This document shows, piece after piece, positions 1-13,010 of a stretch of 64,000 nt of DNA (the stretch's first letter is position 1; every line of letters begins with the position of its first letter). Source of the stretch: Neoechinorhynchus agilis (Eukaryota; Animalia; Acanthocephala); NCBI GenBank assembly GCA_051530055.1, contig CM121341.1:930001-994000 (forward strand), written 5' to 3'. The notes beneath the pieces are model-generated. The model did no database searches. It was given only the letters and a program-made list of their open reading frames with translations, and had not been told where the DNA came from. A program made the position numbers and the translations under genes.

Positions 1-1803
1 TAAGGAAGCCATAGTAGGGCGGAAACGATGTAGATTCGCGTCGTGCTCGACTTTGTTCATTCCACATACAATTATATCGTCAAGATAAGAGAACGTTCCC
101 ACGAGCCCCGAGGCCTCAATAATTGAATTCATGAACCTTTGGCAAGCTGCAACACCGTTGGTTACACCCATGGGTATTCTCTTGAACTGATAAAGCTTTC
201 GATTGGCTTCAAAAGCGCTGTATCTTCGTTCCTCCGGTAGAATATCGATCTGATAATATGCATTCTTAAGATCTAGTTGGCTAAAAACTTTGTACTGAGC
301 GATCGCGTTTGCGAGGTCCGAAATTTTAGCGAGGGGATATGCGTCCAAGTAAGTAAACTTGTTTATGAGTCAACGACAAGTCTTCGTTTTCCATTATCCC
401 TTTTGATGACGACAATCTGAGCTCTCCAAGGGGAGGAAGATTCCTCAATAATATTTCCTTCCAGCATCCTGGCGATCTCGGAACGAATAAACGCCTGATC
501 GGATAAGCTATAAGATCTGCTCTTAGTCGCAATCGGGTGGCACTTCTCTTTCAAGTTTGAGAATAGTCGAGGGGAGCTGGAATAATTAGACAAGTGGCGG
601 CCACTGGAACCTTGAATTCGGACAATTTGCCGTTTGAGGTGATTGTTAAGCGTTCGTGAAGGAGCAGAAAGGGCAGTCCTAATATTACGTCGATGCAGAG
701 TTCGCTGATGACGAAGATGGAGATGTCCGAGTAGTCGATCTGCCCGCATTTGAAATCGATTCAGCTTTCACCAGAAATTTTTCGAGTCGAACTTCCAGCA
801 GCCAAGTTAACAGTCAGATTCACCTGGGAGTAAGGTATTCCGAGTCTATCGGCTAGTCGTTTGTTAATAAAGTTTAGAAAACTTCCGGTATCGATGAGAG
901 CCGATAGCTGTATCGAACCTATGCTTATCATCACCTTCATGAGAGAAGCTCCTGGGTGAATTGCGGTGCTCGGGCATACAGCGGAAAGTTCATTGATGGA
1001 TTTAGCGCGATTTCTGGAGGATCTGCAAACTTTGGTGAAGCGTTTCTCGCAGGACATTGATTTCTATAGTGGTTTTTATTCCCACCGAAGAAACATTTTC
1101 TTTGGGGAGAACTTGCCCGGCGATTGAGAGCAGCGCTCATCTCTGCCTCCTCAATATTTCTGACATAGCAATCAGTTTCGGAAGGCACCGCATTGATCGA
1201 CACTTCGGAACAACGGTTGTATTGTTCTTGTGCTTCGTAAGAGATTTGTACTGATTTTGCGAGTTGAAGAGCTCTATCCAAATCCAGATTTTCATTTTCT
1301 AACAAACGTTGACGGATCGAGTCGGATTCTAATAAGGATATAAAAGCATCCCTTATCGCATCGTTGCGATATTGTTCAGCTGATACATTTTCCAATACGC
1401 AATCTCGGACCAACAAGCACAAGGCTTGTATGAATCAGCTGATATCCCCGTCGTCGTTTTGCTTACGCATCGTCAATAGATGTCGAGCCAGGATTTTGTT
1501 TGGCTTTCGCACATACAACTTTTCCAGAGTGTTCATAGCTTCATCATTCGACTTGCTATCTTCAAGTAGTTCATAGACGCTACTGCCAACAGACAGGAAG
1601 CGTAGTTCCAGTTTGTCAATATGTTTATTAGAAGGTTGATTAGAGACGAACTGGAAGTTTCGTTTCCACAACCTGTAATGTTTTTCTGATCCGGATTCAT
1701 GTGGCAAGATGTCAAACCGTTCGGGTTGAAACGTTTCCTTGAAGATCCTCGAGGAATCATCTGTTCTCGACGAGGTGTATGACATTGGAGAGTTTTCTGC
1801 CAT
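1..1803 (-). mobile_element. Ty3/Gypsy LTR retrotransposon gag-pol, frameshifted and running off the window start
   Basis: Minus-strand pieces in gag-PR-RT order: gag (1435-1803, 937-1422, degenerate zinc knuckle), protease ALIDTGS (761-1057), RT motifs SPWRAQIVV, LDLKNAYYQ, PMGVTNG and YLDD near position 80. Confidence 0.9.
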
Positions 1804-1836
1804 TATTGACCAAAGGTGGCTTTTTGCACATTAAAT

Positions 1837-1997
1837 TGTTGAGAATAATATAGAAACCTTAGAGGTTTTATTGTGCAAAAGTGCAAGGTTGCGAAGTGCG
1901 AATCAAACGGTGGATATGAAGGCGCGGTAGAATTGTTAGATATCACTACAACCAGACCATAAAGGTTGACTGGTAGATGGAGTCGGTAATTGCAACA
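1837..1997 (-). repeat. Candidate LTR of the adjacent Gypsy element
   Basis: Minus-strand segment begins TGTTG and ends CAACA (terminal inverted repeat typical of LTRs), just upstream of gag. No second copy in the window. Confidence 0.35.
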
Positions 1998-1999
1998 CT

Positions 2000-2570
2000 G
2001 GAGAGATCGCAATTTTTTCTCGTGAATTCCATAAATCCTTCGACGAAACGTTGGCCCATAAACAAAACTCTCAACTTCCCACCGAAATAGGTAGTCGAGG
2101 AAATTCTATCCACGTCGTCCTTGAACGTTTTGAGGCAATAGCCACAGTATGTGGCCATCTCTTAGTTGGTACTTCCAAAATAGAAGAATCGTCATGGAAT
2201 GCATGGCAGTTGGGTTTGGGTTATTTGTCTTCGAGAATACTACTCCGGACCACCGGAGGCGCAGGAATTCTCAGAGAATTGGGCGGCCGTTTGCCACCCT
2301 CCGCTACAACGCTAGGTTGCGAAAACATTGTGGTTGCCAACCGTCTTGATTATGAACTGTATGATTCGCGCCAAATATCGATCCGCTCGCACTGCGCCAC
2401 ATATCGATCGGGGCCCGTGAGAGCTACATCAATGACCACGGTGTTTGTGAAGAGTCAATTATTTAAAAACCCCAATAAAAACAGTTATGTCGGACACCAC
2501 AAGTGGCGACAAGGTATTATGAACCATTCTAAAGCAGCAGCAACTATTGTAGCAGTTGCTAACGCGGGAC
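2000..2570 (-). mobile_element. Degraded retroviral-type integrase-like remnant
   Basis: Broken reading containing AQCER, resembling the integrase NGQCER motif; many stops and frameshifts. Confidence 0.3.
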
Positions 2571-2629
2571 GATCCTAGAGGAGTTGTCAAGCAGCGGTTC
2601 TTCGTCTTTTTCAGGAGGAAAAAGGAAAT

Positions 2630-4560
2630 TGGCGACGCCAAGTAACAGTTGGATTTTCATTCTGCGGCACAAGTTATCTGCAGTTAAGTGATGATGAGGG
2701 ACATGTTTCTCTCTTGGGTTGGTTGGTCCGACAACGTATCACTTGATAGCGATTCTCTGCGCTGGCAAGAGTTAAATGAGTACACATATGAAGAGCTAAT
2801 AGAGCTCCTGGACGCTCACTATACGCTACCAATTCAGTTCGTTGCGGAACATTTTGCATCAGTGCAAAATGAAAAGTGGCCAAGCGTGGTCCCCATGATA
2901 GATTCTCCTTGCGATAAAGTGACGTGCCAACTTTGCCTTGTGCAGAACGCTTGACAAGGGCGTCCAGGAACGAGGCCTCTCCGTTGATGTTCACTTCTTT
3001 GACTGTCCACTGTATGTGTGGATCGTGACTGTTCAGTTCAGCATTTAGTGAATCTTTGTTGTGGTTTGAATCAGTCAGAATAAATACGTCGTCCACATAA
3101 CGCCACTACCGATTTACATGACTATGAAGCTCCAAGAAAGTGGACTCCCACGATCGCATGTAGATGCTGGCCAAGGTCGGGGCTAATGGCAATCCCATGG
3201 CTATACCATCCTTTTGATCGCAGAAAACACCCTCAAATTCAAAGGCAGTCATACTCGTGCACCACTGAATTAGGGACTGCCACGTGCAAAGGCCCAAACG
3301 CGGTTCACTACAATTCTTTGATAGTAACATAGCCGATAATTCGATCGTTTTAGTCAACGGGACATCGGTGAACAGAGCGTTCACAACGGCCGTAAACATT
3401 CTGTAGTGCTTAAAGTTAATTTCCCTGATCTCAATCGCAAACGTGGGTCCATCCTTGATGTGCGAGGAAGAAGTGATTAAATTCATTCGTAATAAATAGA
3501 GAAACGCACATTTATTCGGTGGTGATCGCGTCATGTTGTAAAATTGAGGACTGATCACAGACCGGTTCAACAAATTCCTGAGAAACCCGTTAAATTTTGT
3601 TTCTCTGCTCGTGGTCAAGCGTATGCTTCCTGGATCGCAAATTTACGATAAAAAGCTCAAATGTGCAAAGCAGTAGATAACCGTACCAGGGATCAAATAG
3701 TGATTAGAACGCCACACGATGTATTTAGGAATAAAATTCTCCAAATGACAGCATCTTCATTGAACGATGTGATCAAAATATGTGAGACTTTCGAAATGTT
3801 GAAAGATACGTCGTGGAAAGAAAGGAATGTGGGTCGAGGATCCCTGATCAACTCAGCCGGAATGCAGCAAGATATACTTAACAGTGAGCACCTCGAACTT
3901 GATGAGATGCCACAGCGACGGAATGAACCCTATCAGAAGGTAAAATATGGGAAAGGACGTCGTGGAAGATGCGAACTCGAACACAACCAACAGTTTTGTC
4001 CAGCTAGAGATAAAAAGTGTTTCAATTGTCAGCGCCTGGGCCATTTTTGATCATGTTGTCAATAGCGGAATTCTATAGATCAATTGGAGGAGCTGAATGC
4101 GATAACTGATGCGCACGACCCAGCGGAAGGACAGGATTATATTCCCAAAATAGATATCCAAAAAAGATGAAATCACAATCACAGAGGAATATAATACCGG
4201 CGCGCAGTGTATTCGTATTGAAATGATCGATTGGCGTAGAATAGGGCAGCCGACTTTGACTCTTGTTAAACCCCTGCGGGCGTATGGTGACAAACGTTTG
4301 CATACGCTGGGAAAATGCGAGATCAATGTGATTTTCTAGAACAAGACAAGAACGATTAGAAGTTATGGTCGTACGAAACGGCAGGTACAGTTTATTCGGA
4401 CGCCCTTGAATCAACGCTTTTGAAATTCATTGGCCGAATTATGTATGCCGTAGCTTATTCCACCAGCAGGTTGAAACAGAAAGAGAATCCACCGTTTCCA
4501 CAATCGAACAGTGGTCAACTAAACATAAATCGATTTTTGACTGTTCGACCGCCCGGTTAA
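2630..4560 (+). mobile_element. Second Ty3/Gypsy element (gag-protease), split by a Penelope-like insertion
   Basis: PBS-like TGGCGACG near 2630; gag YEELIELLDAHY..VAE.F..VQNE stops near 2880 and resumes near 3620 (RTRDQIV; zinc knuckle CPARDKKCFNCQRLGHF); degenerate NTGAQ protease motif near 4200. Confidence 0.75.
2880..3620 (-). mobile_element. Penelope-like element reverse transcriptase fragment
   Basis: LFTDVP, DGIAMGLPLAPTLASIYM, YVDDVF, EASFLDALV and LYRK motifs; near-identical to about 23285-23690. Confidence 0.85.
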
Positions 4561-4599
4561 CAATACAGAAATATCCTTAACAATCGCCTTCAATGGAAC

Positions 4600-5790
4600 C
4601 CCAAGTAAAATTTCTAGAGATCGGGTGAAGGGATTCCTAAATGTCGGAGATGTTTGAGGAGATAAATTTTAAAGGTGTTGTGCTTTAGAGAGAGTGATGT
4701 ACGAGTCCCATTTCAAGTTTGATTGAAATTGGAGGCCTAGAATTCTTAGTTATGTTACTCGTACGATGTCAGTTAGAAGATCGGGCGAGGATGCGGGGTT
4801 GCGGGAGAATGAAGGGTTCATTTCGAAGCATTTAGAGAAATTCAGGTGGAGTTTGTGATTGGTTCAGAAATCTTTCATGTTGTTGATTTCGTTAGATGTT
4901 AAGGAGAGATAGAGGTGGGGTGGTTATTGAGTGATGAGGGTGAGCTCGTCGACATTTAAAAAGAGTTTAGAGTGAGAGGAGAGAGTTTTGATGTCGTTTA
5001 GGAAAATATTAAAGAGAAGTGGTGACAGCACAGCACCTTGAGGTACGCCTTTGGTGAAGAATAGGCTGATAGTAGATGTAGAACGGCAGTGATTGTATCG
5101 TTCGCGATTGTGAAGATAAGATTCGAGCCAGCAGATCTGCCACAGGTTTAGACCAAAATCGGAGCAGGCCCGGGGAAGGAGTGAATGGTCTACGGAGTCG
5201 AATGCTTTCGATAAATCCAGTTGAATGAGGCGGGTGATTTGGGAGGGATTATTATCGAGGTTACGTAGAAGCGTGTCATAAATGCAAAGTAGGGCATCGG
5301 TTGCAGAAAATCTGGGCCGGAAGCCAAATTGTAGAGGCGATAACTTTTCGTTGAGAAGTGAAAGGCGAGATTTAAAACATTTTTCGATGATTTTTGAAAA
5401 AGCGGGTAGAATGGAAATTGGACAGAATGATTTGGCCGAAATAAGATGTCCCTTTCTGGAACAAGGATAACTTTAGCAGTTTTCAAGCATGAGTGGTCGA
5501 TGCCATATAAAAAGCTGTGATTTATAATGTGGGTTAAAGGTAGATGAGTTCGGGGATGATGTAACGAAGAGCTCAGTTTGTGATTTCGGATTGAGAGCAC
5601 GAATTTCCAGATAATTTCATATGATACTGTAATACTTCATATGATGAAACTAATGGGAGTATCGGCGAGTTGACAAAAGTTTCAGGTGTGGACGTGAAAA
5701 ATTGTGTAGTGTCTGATGTGGACCAGTGACTGTAAATTGAGTCAGGGCACAGGTTCTGATTAATGGAATCCAGAAACTTTCAATTCAGCG
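4600..5790 (-). mobile_element. CR1/L2/Jockey-type LINE RT fragment, degraded
   Basis: LTHIINHSF..G....CLKTAKV and GVPQGAVLSPLLFNIFLNDI motifs, with frameshifts; similar to the element at 17980-19520. Confidence 0.85.
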
Positions 5791-6534
5791 TAGGTAAAAT
5801 TAGGGAAGGGATCCGCGTTGCGTAGACCAAGGGAGTAATTGACGGCGTTTGAGCTGACAAATACTCAGACACTAAAGTATCGACGATATTCTTAGGATCC
5901 AGCAGTCCATCCGCTCCAATCACAGTTTGTCCGAAATCCTCTCCCGTTGAAAGTGTCATTTGTTCACCGTCCAAGTGAGCTACCTGATCAGTAGCCGCCA
6001 TCAAACCAACCTGATCGTTCGCTATTTTATCTAGCTCTTCGTTATACTCCAGTTTGGGAACTCCATGAGAAAGTCTGTGCCAATTGTGACGATCAAAGAT
6101 TTCTTTGATAAATTGTTCAACTCTTTATATTTGCAAACAGAAATCACCCATTTAAGAACACACGAGTACATACCTTCGTCAAATACACTCATTTCACTTT
6201 CACTCATTGCATCCAGCAGTATTTGCTTTCCTTGGAAAAAGCGTGCAGGGGAAATCGTTCCCCTAGTGCCACTGTCCAAATCTTCGTTCAGTCGAGTATC
6301 TTTCATCTTAACGGAAGCGTGCCCATGGGGGGAGTCTAGTAAAGCTGTATTATCTGGTTCATCGCCCGTAAAAACATCTTCAGCTTCGTGATCGTGAGAT
6401 TCCCATCCACTTTGATCTAGAGATTCGTTAGAAGGTTCGCTCTCGTCTTCTTCATCATCTAAAATGAGGACTTTTTACTTTTTATTGGGATATTAGTTGC
6501 TTGAAGTACCGTAGGAGCAACAGCCTCCAAACAT
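5780..6534 (-). CDS. Divergent CAP/SCP-domain (GAPR-1/GLIPR2-like) protein with acidic N-terminus; 3' part missing or beyond the TE block
   Basis: ATG at 6534 (MFGGCCSY). GT-AG introns 6459-6509 (51 nt) and 6121-6173 (53 nt) give in-frame joins. Exon 3 reads EQFIKEIFDRHNWHRLSHGVPKLEYNEELDKIA, matching the CAP HNxYR..HGVP.L motif. No GHFTQ half is seen. Confidence 0.6.
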
Positions 6535-7159
6535 TTCGCTAAGTATTTGAAATCTTGAGCTTCTGACGATTAAAAGGAAGAAGGATGTTGCTTAGCGACT
6601 ATATTTACTGGATAGAAATCGAAATGGTATTTTCGAAAAAAAAATTCGTTCATCCTGCATATTTACGTAGGAGACTGATAAGCATTAAAATTAAAATTAA
6701 AAACGAAAAAATATGGATTTAGTACATATTTTCTAGAGGTAGTCTCTCATTTAATTAGTGAGTTCGACGAAATATTGTGAAAAGGAATCAATAAATTAAT
6801 CCTTATTTCCCATCACAAACCAAAAAACATATCCATGAACAACCTATTTACAATATTATGTAAATGGTTCGGATCATTAAGTTTTTAAAACACCTCAAGC
6901 TTTCATGTTTTTAATCGCTATTTGATAGGACGTTAAAACTAGTATATCATAGAATCTAAAAAAAATCATATTTAAAATAAAAAATATTTTCGTTACGTTT
7001 GTCATTATTAAAGTTGCGTTCGGTCCTCATTGAATTCGCAGTTCACTGCCCAATATTCGCCCGACTACATCTTTTGATCACTAAAAGTGCAGCGTTCCGT
7101 TAATGAGCACTACCCGTCGGTCAATCTCGCTATTCAATAAATACGAATTAAATAATAGT

Positions 7160-7708
7160 TCAAAAAATGGAATTGTAAAGAATCGTAAGGATAAGACCTG
7201 CGTTCATTCCGGCGATAAATCCAAGACCTCCGTTAACGCTTTCTTTGATTGCTAATTCCGACGCTTGGACTCCAGCGGCGATCCCATACCCTGCAACGGC
7301 TCCTACCAAACATGCTCTATCGATTCTCAATTGTTTATTGGAATGCCGCAGGCGATAAGCCCGATCGAGGATGCCTTCCTCGTCCCAATGAATAGATTGA
7401 AATCTTATAAGTGTAGCCAGAGGTCCAAGGGCGAATCCACCTAAGAGTCCGATTTTCGCACCCGTGAAAGCAGCTTCTTTTATGACAGCGGCTCTTAAGG
7501 CAGGTTCAACCTTCTTTGCATCATAATAGAACTTCCCAAGAGCTGTAATTCCACCAACAAAGCTCATGAGTTGAAGACTCTTCATGGTGACATGAGTGAC
7601 GATTTCCGTCTTTGGGTACGGGATATGGCGAAGTTCCTCGTCCGTTAACTTTTGACCAACGAAGTTGCGGATAAATAGGCATCGACGGGTCGGACTGTCC
7701 TCTTCCAT
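7160..7708 (-). CDS. Intronless ~182 aa small membrane-type protein, DUF1757-like
   Basis: Clean ORF with RNFVG..L.DEEL..IP.PK.E...HVT.KS and DEEGILDRAYRLR....Q.RIDR motifs recalled from that family; TTTCAG immediately precedes the ATG. Confidence 0.6.
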   Translation of the reverse strand: MEEDSPTRRCLFIRNFVGQKLTDEELRHIPYPKTEIVTHVTMKSLQLMSFVGGITALGKFYYDAKKVEPALRAAVIKEAAFTGAKIGLLGGFALGPLATLIRFQSIHWDEEGILDRAYRLRHSNKQLRIDRACLVGAVAGYGIAAGVQASELAIKESVNGGLGFIAGMNAGLILTILYNSIF

Positions 7709-8229
7709 CTGAAAGATCAAATCAAAAATGGTTCTTAAATAAGATTATTGAGGCACAAGTCTTTCATTGATGCACTATGGCGTAGGCTGCAAACGAAAAA
7801 TCAATCTTGGGAGGCGTGAAAATCGAGCTCTACTTGGAAGGAATCGCAGAAGGCATGAGTAGGGCTCTATGATGGTGCTGTTACCGGTGAAGCATGTCTT
7901 GTCGTTCTATCACGATGCTAAAAAGGGAACGAAATGAGGAAATGGCGTTTATTGTGAGTTATTTTGAGCAAATGGAACACAATCTTTGTTGTTACTAAGC
8001 AAAAGTACAACGGCGAGTTAATTTTTTTTAATCGTAATTTTTGATCAGAGGCCGTTTAATTTTTGACAGCATTTGAGACATATTCTCGATCAATATTTTT
8101 CTTTTAATTTCTATTAAAAGTACCAATATATTCTGAATTTTTGAATTACGTCTTACGCTATCGGTGAAGGCTTTATAAGGAAAAGGTTAACAAAAACGGT
8201 TAAACTATTTAAATGCACTTCCCAATTTT

Positions 8230-9026
8230 AAATAGAATGGTACGAATCAAAAAAATGATTCACTGCTTTCATAAAATAAAAAACGTGGACGTGTTTTAAG
8301 AGAAACTTTAGTCATTACGGTGATTAAGGCGGTGAATAGTAGTAGATTGTCGATTTGGTGACTGTACAGAAATCTATGAAAACTCAAATACATTTATATG
8401 AAATTTTGAAGAGATGACAAAATGAAAGTCTATAGAGAATCGCTCAATGGCAAAAATATTGTCGTAAAATTCTACCTGTGAATCTCTTTAATTTCAATGG
8501 TAAAAATCTTAATCGATGATAAGTGTAAACTGCCGTTATGATGAAGTTTAAACTCACCCTACACGCCGGATAATTTTTTTATGTAAATTTCGGATCTCAT
8601 TAGACGAAGGAGGTTCTTTTCCACCGCAAAGCGTCTCTGCTAAGGATGGTTTTGTTAGCGGATGCTAGCAAATAATGACGGATGGCATCTTTCTGGCGCG
8701 AAAGTGGAGTAATCGTTGCGCAACCTGGTGCCAATTCTCGTTCTCAATAAAATTGCGTCTCAGATTTTGCTAAGATGAACGAATTCGGTAAAGTATCGAT
8801 CATCGATTTCCATCAAAGCAAAAAATAAGCACTGGGATTAGAGGTTCGCAGTTAAAGGGCCGGGACAACACAAACGCATAAAACTAACGCAGTTTTTCGA
8901 GCTAAAATATCCATAAAATTGTGGATGTTCAACGAATGTTCTTAGAGGATACAGAGCAGAGGAATAACGCCTACGTGAAATTACAATGATTGAACATTGC
9001 GAAACGTTCAGTCGCAACAATGACAA
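8230..9026 (-). CDS. Hypothetical multi-exon protein
   Basis: Open segments join in frame through GT-AG introns (119 nt, 60 nt, and a GTGAGT donor near 8557). No recognisable homology; start codon uncertain. Confidence 0.3.
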
Positions 9027-9619
9027 TTCTTGGGAAAATGCCGGGATTATTCGACAGAAAATATCAGAAATAAATGAGTCAATTTAAATCCGAGGGGTGT
9101 TATAACTACCAAAAGGAATGAAAATATTTTTCTCATTTTTCATTAAAAATTTCTTCCTTGAAATTGAAACAAGAAATCTCTGACCGTTAAATATGATTGC
9201 CTTGTCTCTAAAATCGATTGCCACAGAAAGATAAATTTTCTGTTTTAATAAAAAAAATTAGAAAAATAATTTAATCCAACATTTCCACATGACTATCGCG
9301 AAATCATTGCCTCTATTAACGGATCACGCATAACAACCTCTTCTATTAGTGTAAATATTCGAAGCTTAAAATATTACCAAAATTGTGGATGAAAAACGTA
9401 AAGAAACTGGGCGCATTTCGATCCAATCGAACAACTCAATTTTGTGAAAGTAGCTCAGCAAAGTTTTCAACGTATATAAAATACGCTCATAATCACCTTT
9501 AGATGATAAGTCAACTTGATTTCTGCCTTAAAAATATATCACTTTTACCGATAAACTTTAATGATTGATATCTTCTCAAGAAAAATCATTTTAATTTCTT
9601 ACCACCGCTCTGGATTACT

Positions 9620-10200
9620 CAACTGCCGTCCGGGTGTAACGGTCGAAAGGAGGAATGCAGCGGGAATGATCCTGTCCTCTGATCGCCAGTGATTCGTCTC
9701 AATCTCTTAGACAATTGATTTGCCAGATCCTGCGCCGCGGTACCAAACGACCTGGGCGTCTCGACGCCAAAGGGAACGAAATAATGATTTCAATCCAGGT
9801 CCCTGTATTTTGTCCTTTTGCGTTCCTCAGCGGCGGTTGCTGCTCCCCCTGGTTTAATGGTGACGGATTTTATGTTGCTGACTGCGAGCGTGGCGTCCCA
9901 GAGAAGGTATTTTCCTCCTCGCCACGGACCCAACCCTCCCATTCCACCAAAGACACTCTGAAGGAAAGTTTCACGTGGCATCTCCATTTCGCTGCAAAGG
10001 ACGTATTCGTATCGTCTAAAGTATATCGATGCGCATCTAGAAAAGTCATGTATTCAACATTTCTCAGTTTCATCAAGCTCGTCCTCGGCGGTACCTTCAT
10101 TTTATTTATTAGATAACAAGAATTGGACCTATGTACCTTTGGACCCTCTTGTGGCATTGATTTTGATGAAGATGAGGTAATCGTTATTTGAACGATAAGC
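9620..10200 (-). mobile_element. CRE-clade (restriction-like endonuclease) non-LTR retrotransposon 3' fragment
   Basis: PWRGGKYLLWDAT..LA.S, GGAATAAEERKRTKYRDL and HYFVPFGVET motifs; frameshifted. Confidence 0.75.
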
Positions 10201-10479
10201 AATATTGGTTTGAAACGGTGGAATGCGGATTTGGTGAGGTCGGGTGAAAATGTACATTCGGGTGGGAAGTTTGGTGTTCATTGTTTGCAGGGGTGCTTAT
10301 GAAGTTGGGTCTTTCCTTAGGTTCATTTCGGACAATGATATCCGAGAAAATTGGGCAGCATGGAAAAAAGGAGACGAATTAGGATGCCAGCATTGTAACT
10401 TTTATACGGGAAAGCAATTGGCGCAATAACAAACGACAAATTGTACTCAATTTTGGAGAAATTGAACGCCTCCAATGAT

Positions 10480-12145
10480 TGTGCTAACTGGGATTGTTAC
10501 CTTCACGGCTACTCAAGTTGTTGTCTTCTCATATGGATACAAGATTATAATGTTGGATATGTTCTTTACTCTCGTTCACCGTAGAGTGGTGCGATTTAAA
10601 CGACACCAACATTATTGGGAGTTACCTATTTTAGAATACTAATAAGTTGAAGAATCGAGTAGGCGACCAAATCGGTAAGATTCTCTACATTTGCCATTAT
10701 TGTCCCTATTCGAGAAAGTGAAGGGAAACCGATGCGCATGTCGAAGCGGGACACGTGGATAAAGAGGCTATTGAAAACATTAAAGTTGTACAGGCTCTTG
10801 GTGACCAGAAAAAGATGTTCTCGGAATATGAGAAACATTTGGATCATGCGAAACGGACTGGAATCAAGAAAGCAACAGTTAATGGAACAATATTATCATT
10901 TTTCGCTTTTACTTGTTCCGTTTGCTATAAATGCACTTTGTTTCTGGAATTATTGTTTAGGTCTACACCCGGTAAATGATTATTTACTAAAGACGTTTCG
11001 AACCTCGCCGGGTTCATCATCAGTAACTGATTCCCCGGTACCTCGCATATCGACACTTTGTTTCTGCTATGGATCCAAGTTACTCTCGGAAACATCGCTA
11101 GCGTGAATTCAGCTATTTTTACGATTTAAAACACTATGCCTCATCTATCAGCTAACAATGAAGCTCGTGCTATGTTAATGATCTATAAAAAATTATTAAA
11201 AGTAATAGTGAGATTCAAAATGAAACGTTGAACGGCTTGAGAGAAAATATTGCTCTAGCAACTAATGAGCACTTTAAGAATCAAGATATTGTCGTTGAAA
11301 ACGTATCATTCACTTATCCAACCTGCAGTTATGCTCAAGGTTTTAATCAATTTAGTATCCGAATTCCAAACAGAAATACAACCGTTTTAGTGGAGAAAGT
11401 TAGTGCGGGAAATCTACTATTGTTCAGTTACCTCCTCGATTTTATCAGCACCAAGACAAGCGAAGTATGAATATGATGGAAGTTTTAGATATAGAAAAAG
11501 CGTTCAAAAGCTACAATTTTAACATGCAGGCCTAATGCATTAGCTCACTCAAAGTTCTGATTTGAACGTAGGAACATCTTTAGCCTCCATTTGCAAATAA
11601 AAACAGTTCCTGTGTTGATCTATATTCCAATTCGAAGCATTTGCGATGGAGCTTTGGGACTAATGCAGATCTTGTTCGAAGTATACTTTGTCCAAATGGT
11701 GGTAAGCGTTTCCAATTGTGGCATTCATTATAGAACGCAAAAGGTCAGAGATTTGTCTTATTTTCCGGATATTTTGAATAGTTTTATTGGTCGCTCAAAT
11801 CTTTTTGGCTTTCACATTCGGAGTTTCTAGAGATAATTACAAGAAAAACGTCACAGGATTGCGGGTTTTCATTTATTCATGAGGAACGATATTCCGTATT
11901 TCGATAATCCTAATAATAAACCTAGATTATTCTGAAGTACCATGGTTCAAGGCTCGACGGGAGTACAAATCGGTGTTAGCGCATCGAATCAATTCATTCT
12001 GGGCACTGAAATTATTGGTACTTTAGTATATGAATGGGAATTGGCACTTATTCTGATGTCGTGCGTTCCTTTTGTTGGACGATCTGAACTTTTCGTCGAT
12101 ATTTTTCGTAATTTTATTGCGCAATTTTTATTGGAACATTCTTGA
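10480..12145 (+). pseudogene. ABCB1/P-glycoprotein-like ABC transporter pseudogene
   Basis: EAIENIKVVQALGDQKK...YEKHLDHAKRTGIKKA; NBD start VENVSFTYP; Walker A broken (GES-stop-CGKSTIVQL..RFY, out of frame); second TMD piece VQGSTG...WELALILMSCVPF. Confidence 0.75.
10945..11060 (-). ncRNA. Single-arm hammerhead-bearing Penelope-type repeat inside the ABCB pseudogene
   Basis: Minus strand reads CTGATGA T GAACC CGGCGA GGTTC GAAAC GTC; same family as 32814-33041. Stem I pairs poorly. Confidence 0.55.
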
Positions 12146-12775
12146 ATAAATAGCTCTTTGAGTTTGACTTCCTTTAGTAGGTGTGCTTTTGGACGGTGGC
12201 GCCAACTAAATTCTTCGCAAATTTCCAGCCTGAAAAGTGCTTCGTTTGCATGATCGTAGAAAACACTCTGACCGTTTCGATAAATTCATCTGTGTATATT
12301 TTTAAGGACGAATAACTTAAGAACTGTGGCAACTAGCGAAAATCTGAAAACATATTTGGAATCAGTGCGTCGAGATGAACTAAGTTGACATAATCGATAA
12401 ACGACAGCTATATTATTAACGTCGGAAATCGCATTTTTATACTTCGTCAAAAGTCATAACAGTGAAAGATTTAAATTCGAAAATTTTATACGCTTGAGGT
12501 GCTTATTATTTACCGTAAAAAACCACCTTGGCTATTCTTAAGATTTATGCGGTAATATTTATTTCCGAAAGCCTCTTGGGATTCAATGTGCTTCATTTTT
12601 TTACAGTGAATTCAAATAAAGTTCACTTTTATTTTCGCTTTACCGTAAAACTCGGAGATTTATGAAGTTGCGTAAAAATTGTAAACCCAAAAGATTATCT
12701 CTTATAGGATGGCTGTATTTTTGTTTCGCTTTAATAAACTATTTAATCCTTTCCTCGGCTTATTAGTTTTCCCTA

Positions 12776-12910
12776 TTGGCATGAAGCCACACCGATCTCT
12801 TACATCAGAGAAGTGATTAGGGATTCAGGGCTGAAGTCCACTTGACAACCTCAAGTCTAAGTGATTCAATCACTTCTATGATGTAAGAGATCGGTGTGGC
12901 TACATGCCAA
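12776..12910. mobile_element. MITE-like fold-back element
   Basis: About 40 bp inverted arms (TTGGCATG.AGCCACACCGATCTCTTACATCA and its complement) around a short spacer; no clear TSD. Confidence 0.6.
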
Positions 12911-13010
12911 GAAAAAAACTAAAAAGTTGAGGAAGGGATGTCCTACATATTCTATACTATACTGAAAAAAGAATAATAGAGCCTTTGGAGATATGCCACA
13001 ATTACGTGTC

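Noticed and set aside
8690-8775. A 79 nt AG..AG hairpin intron in the hypothetical gene
   Set aside because: Only weak pairing, and an all-GT-AG model gives a longer open frame. It shows that short stems can be found by chance.
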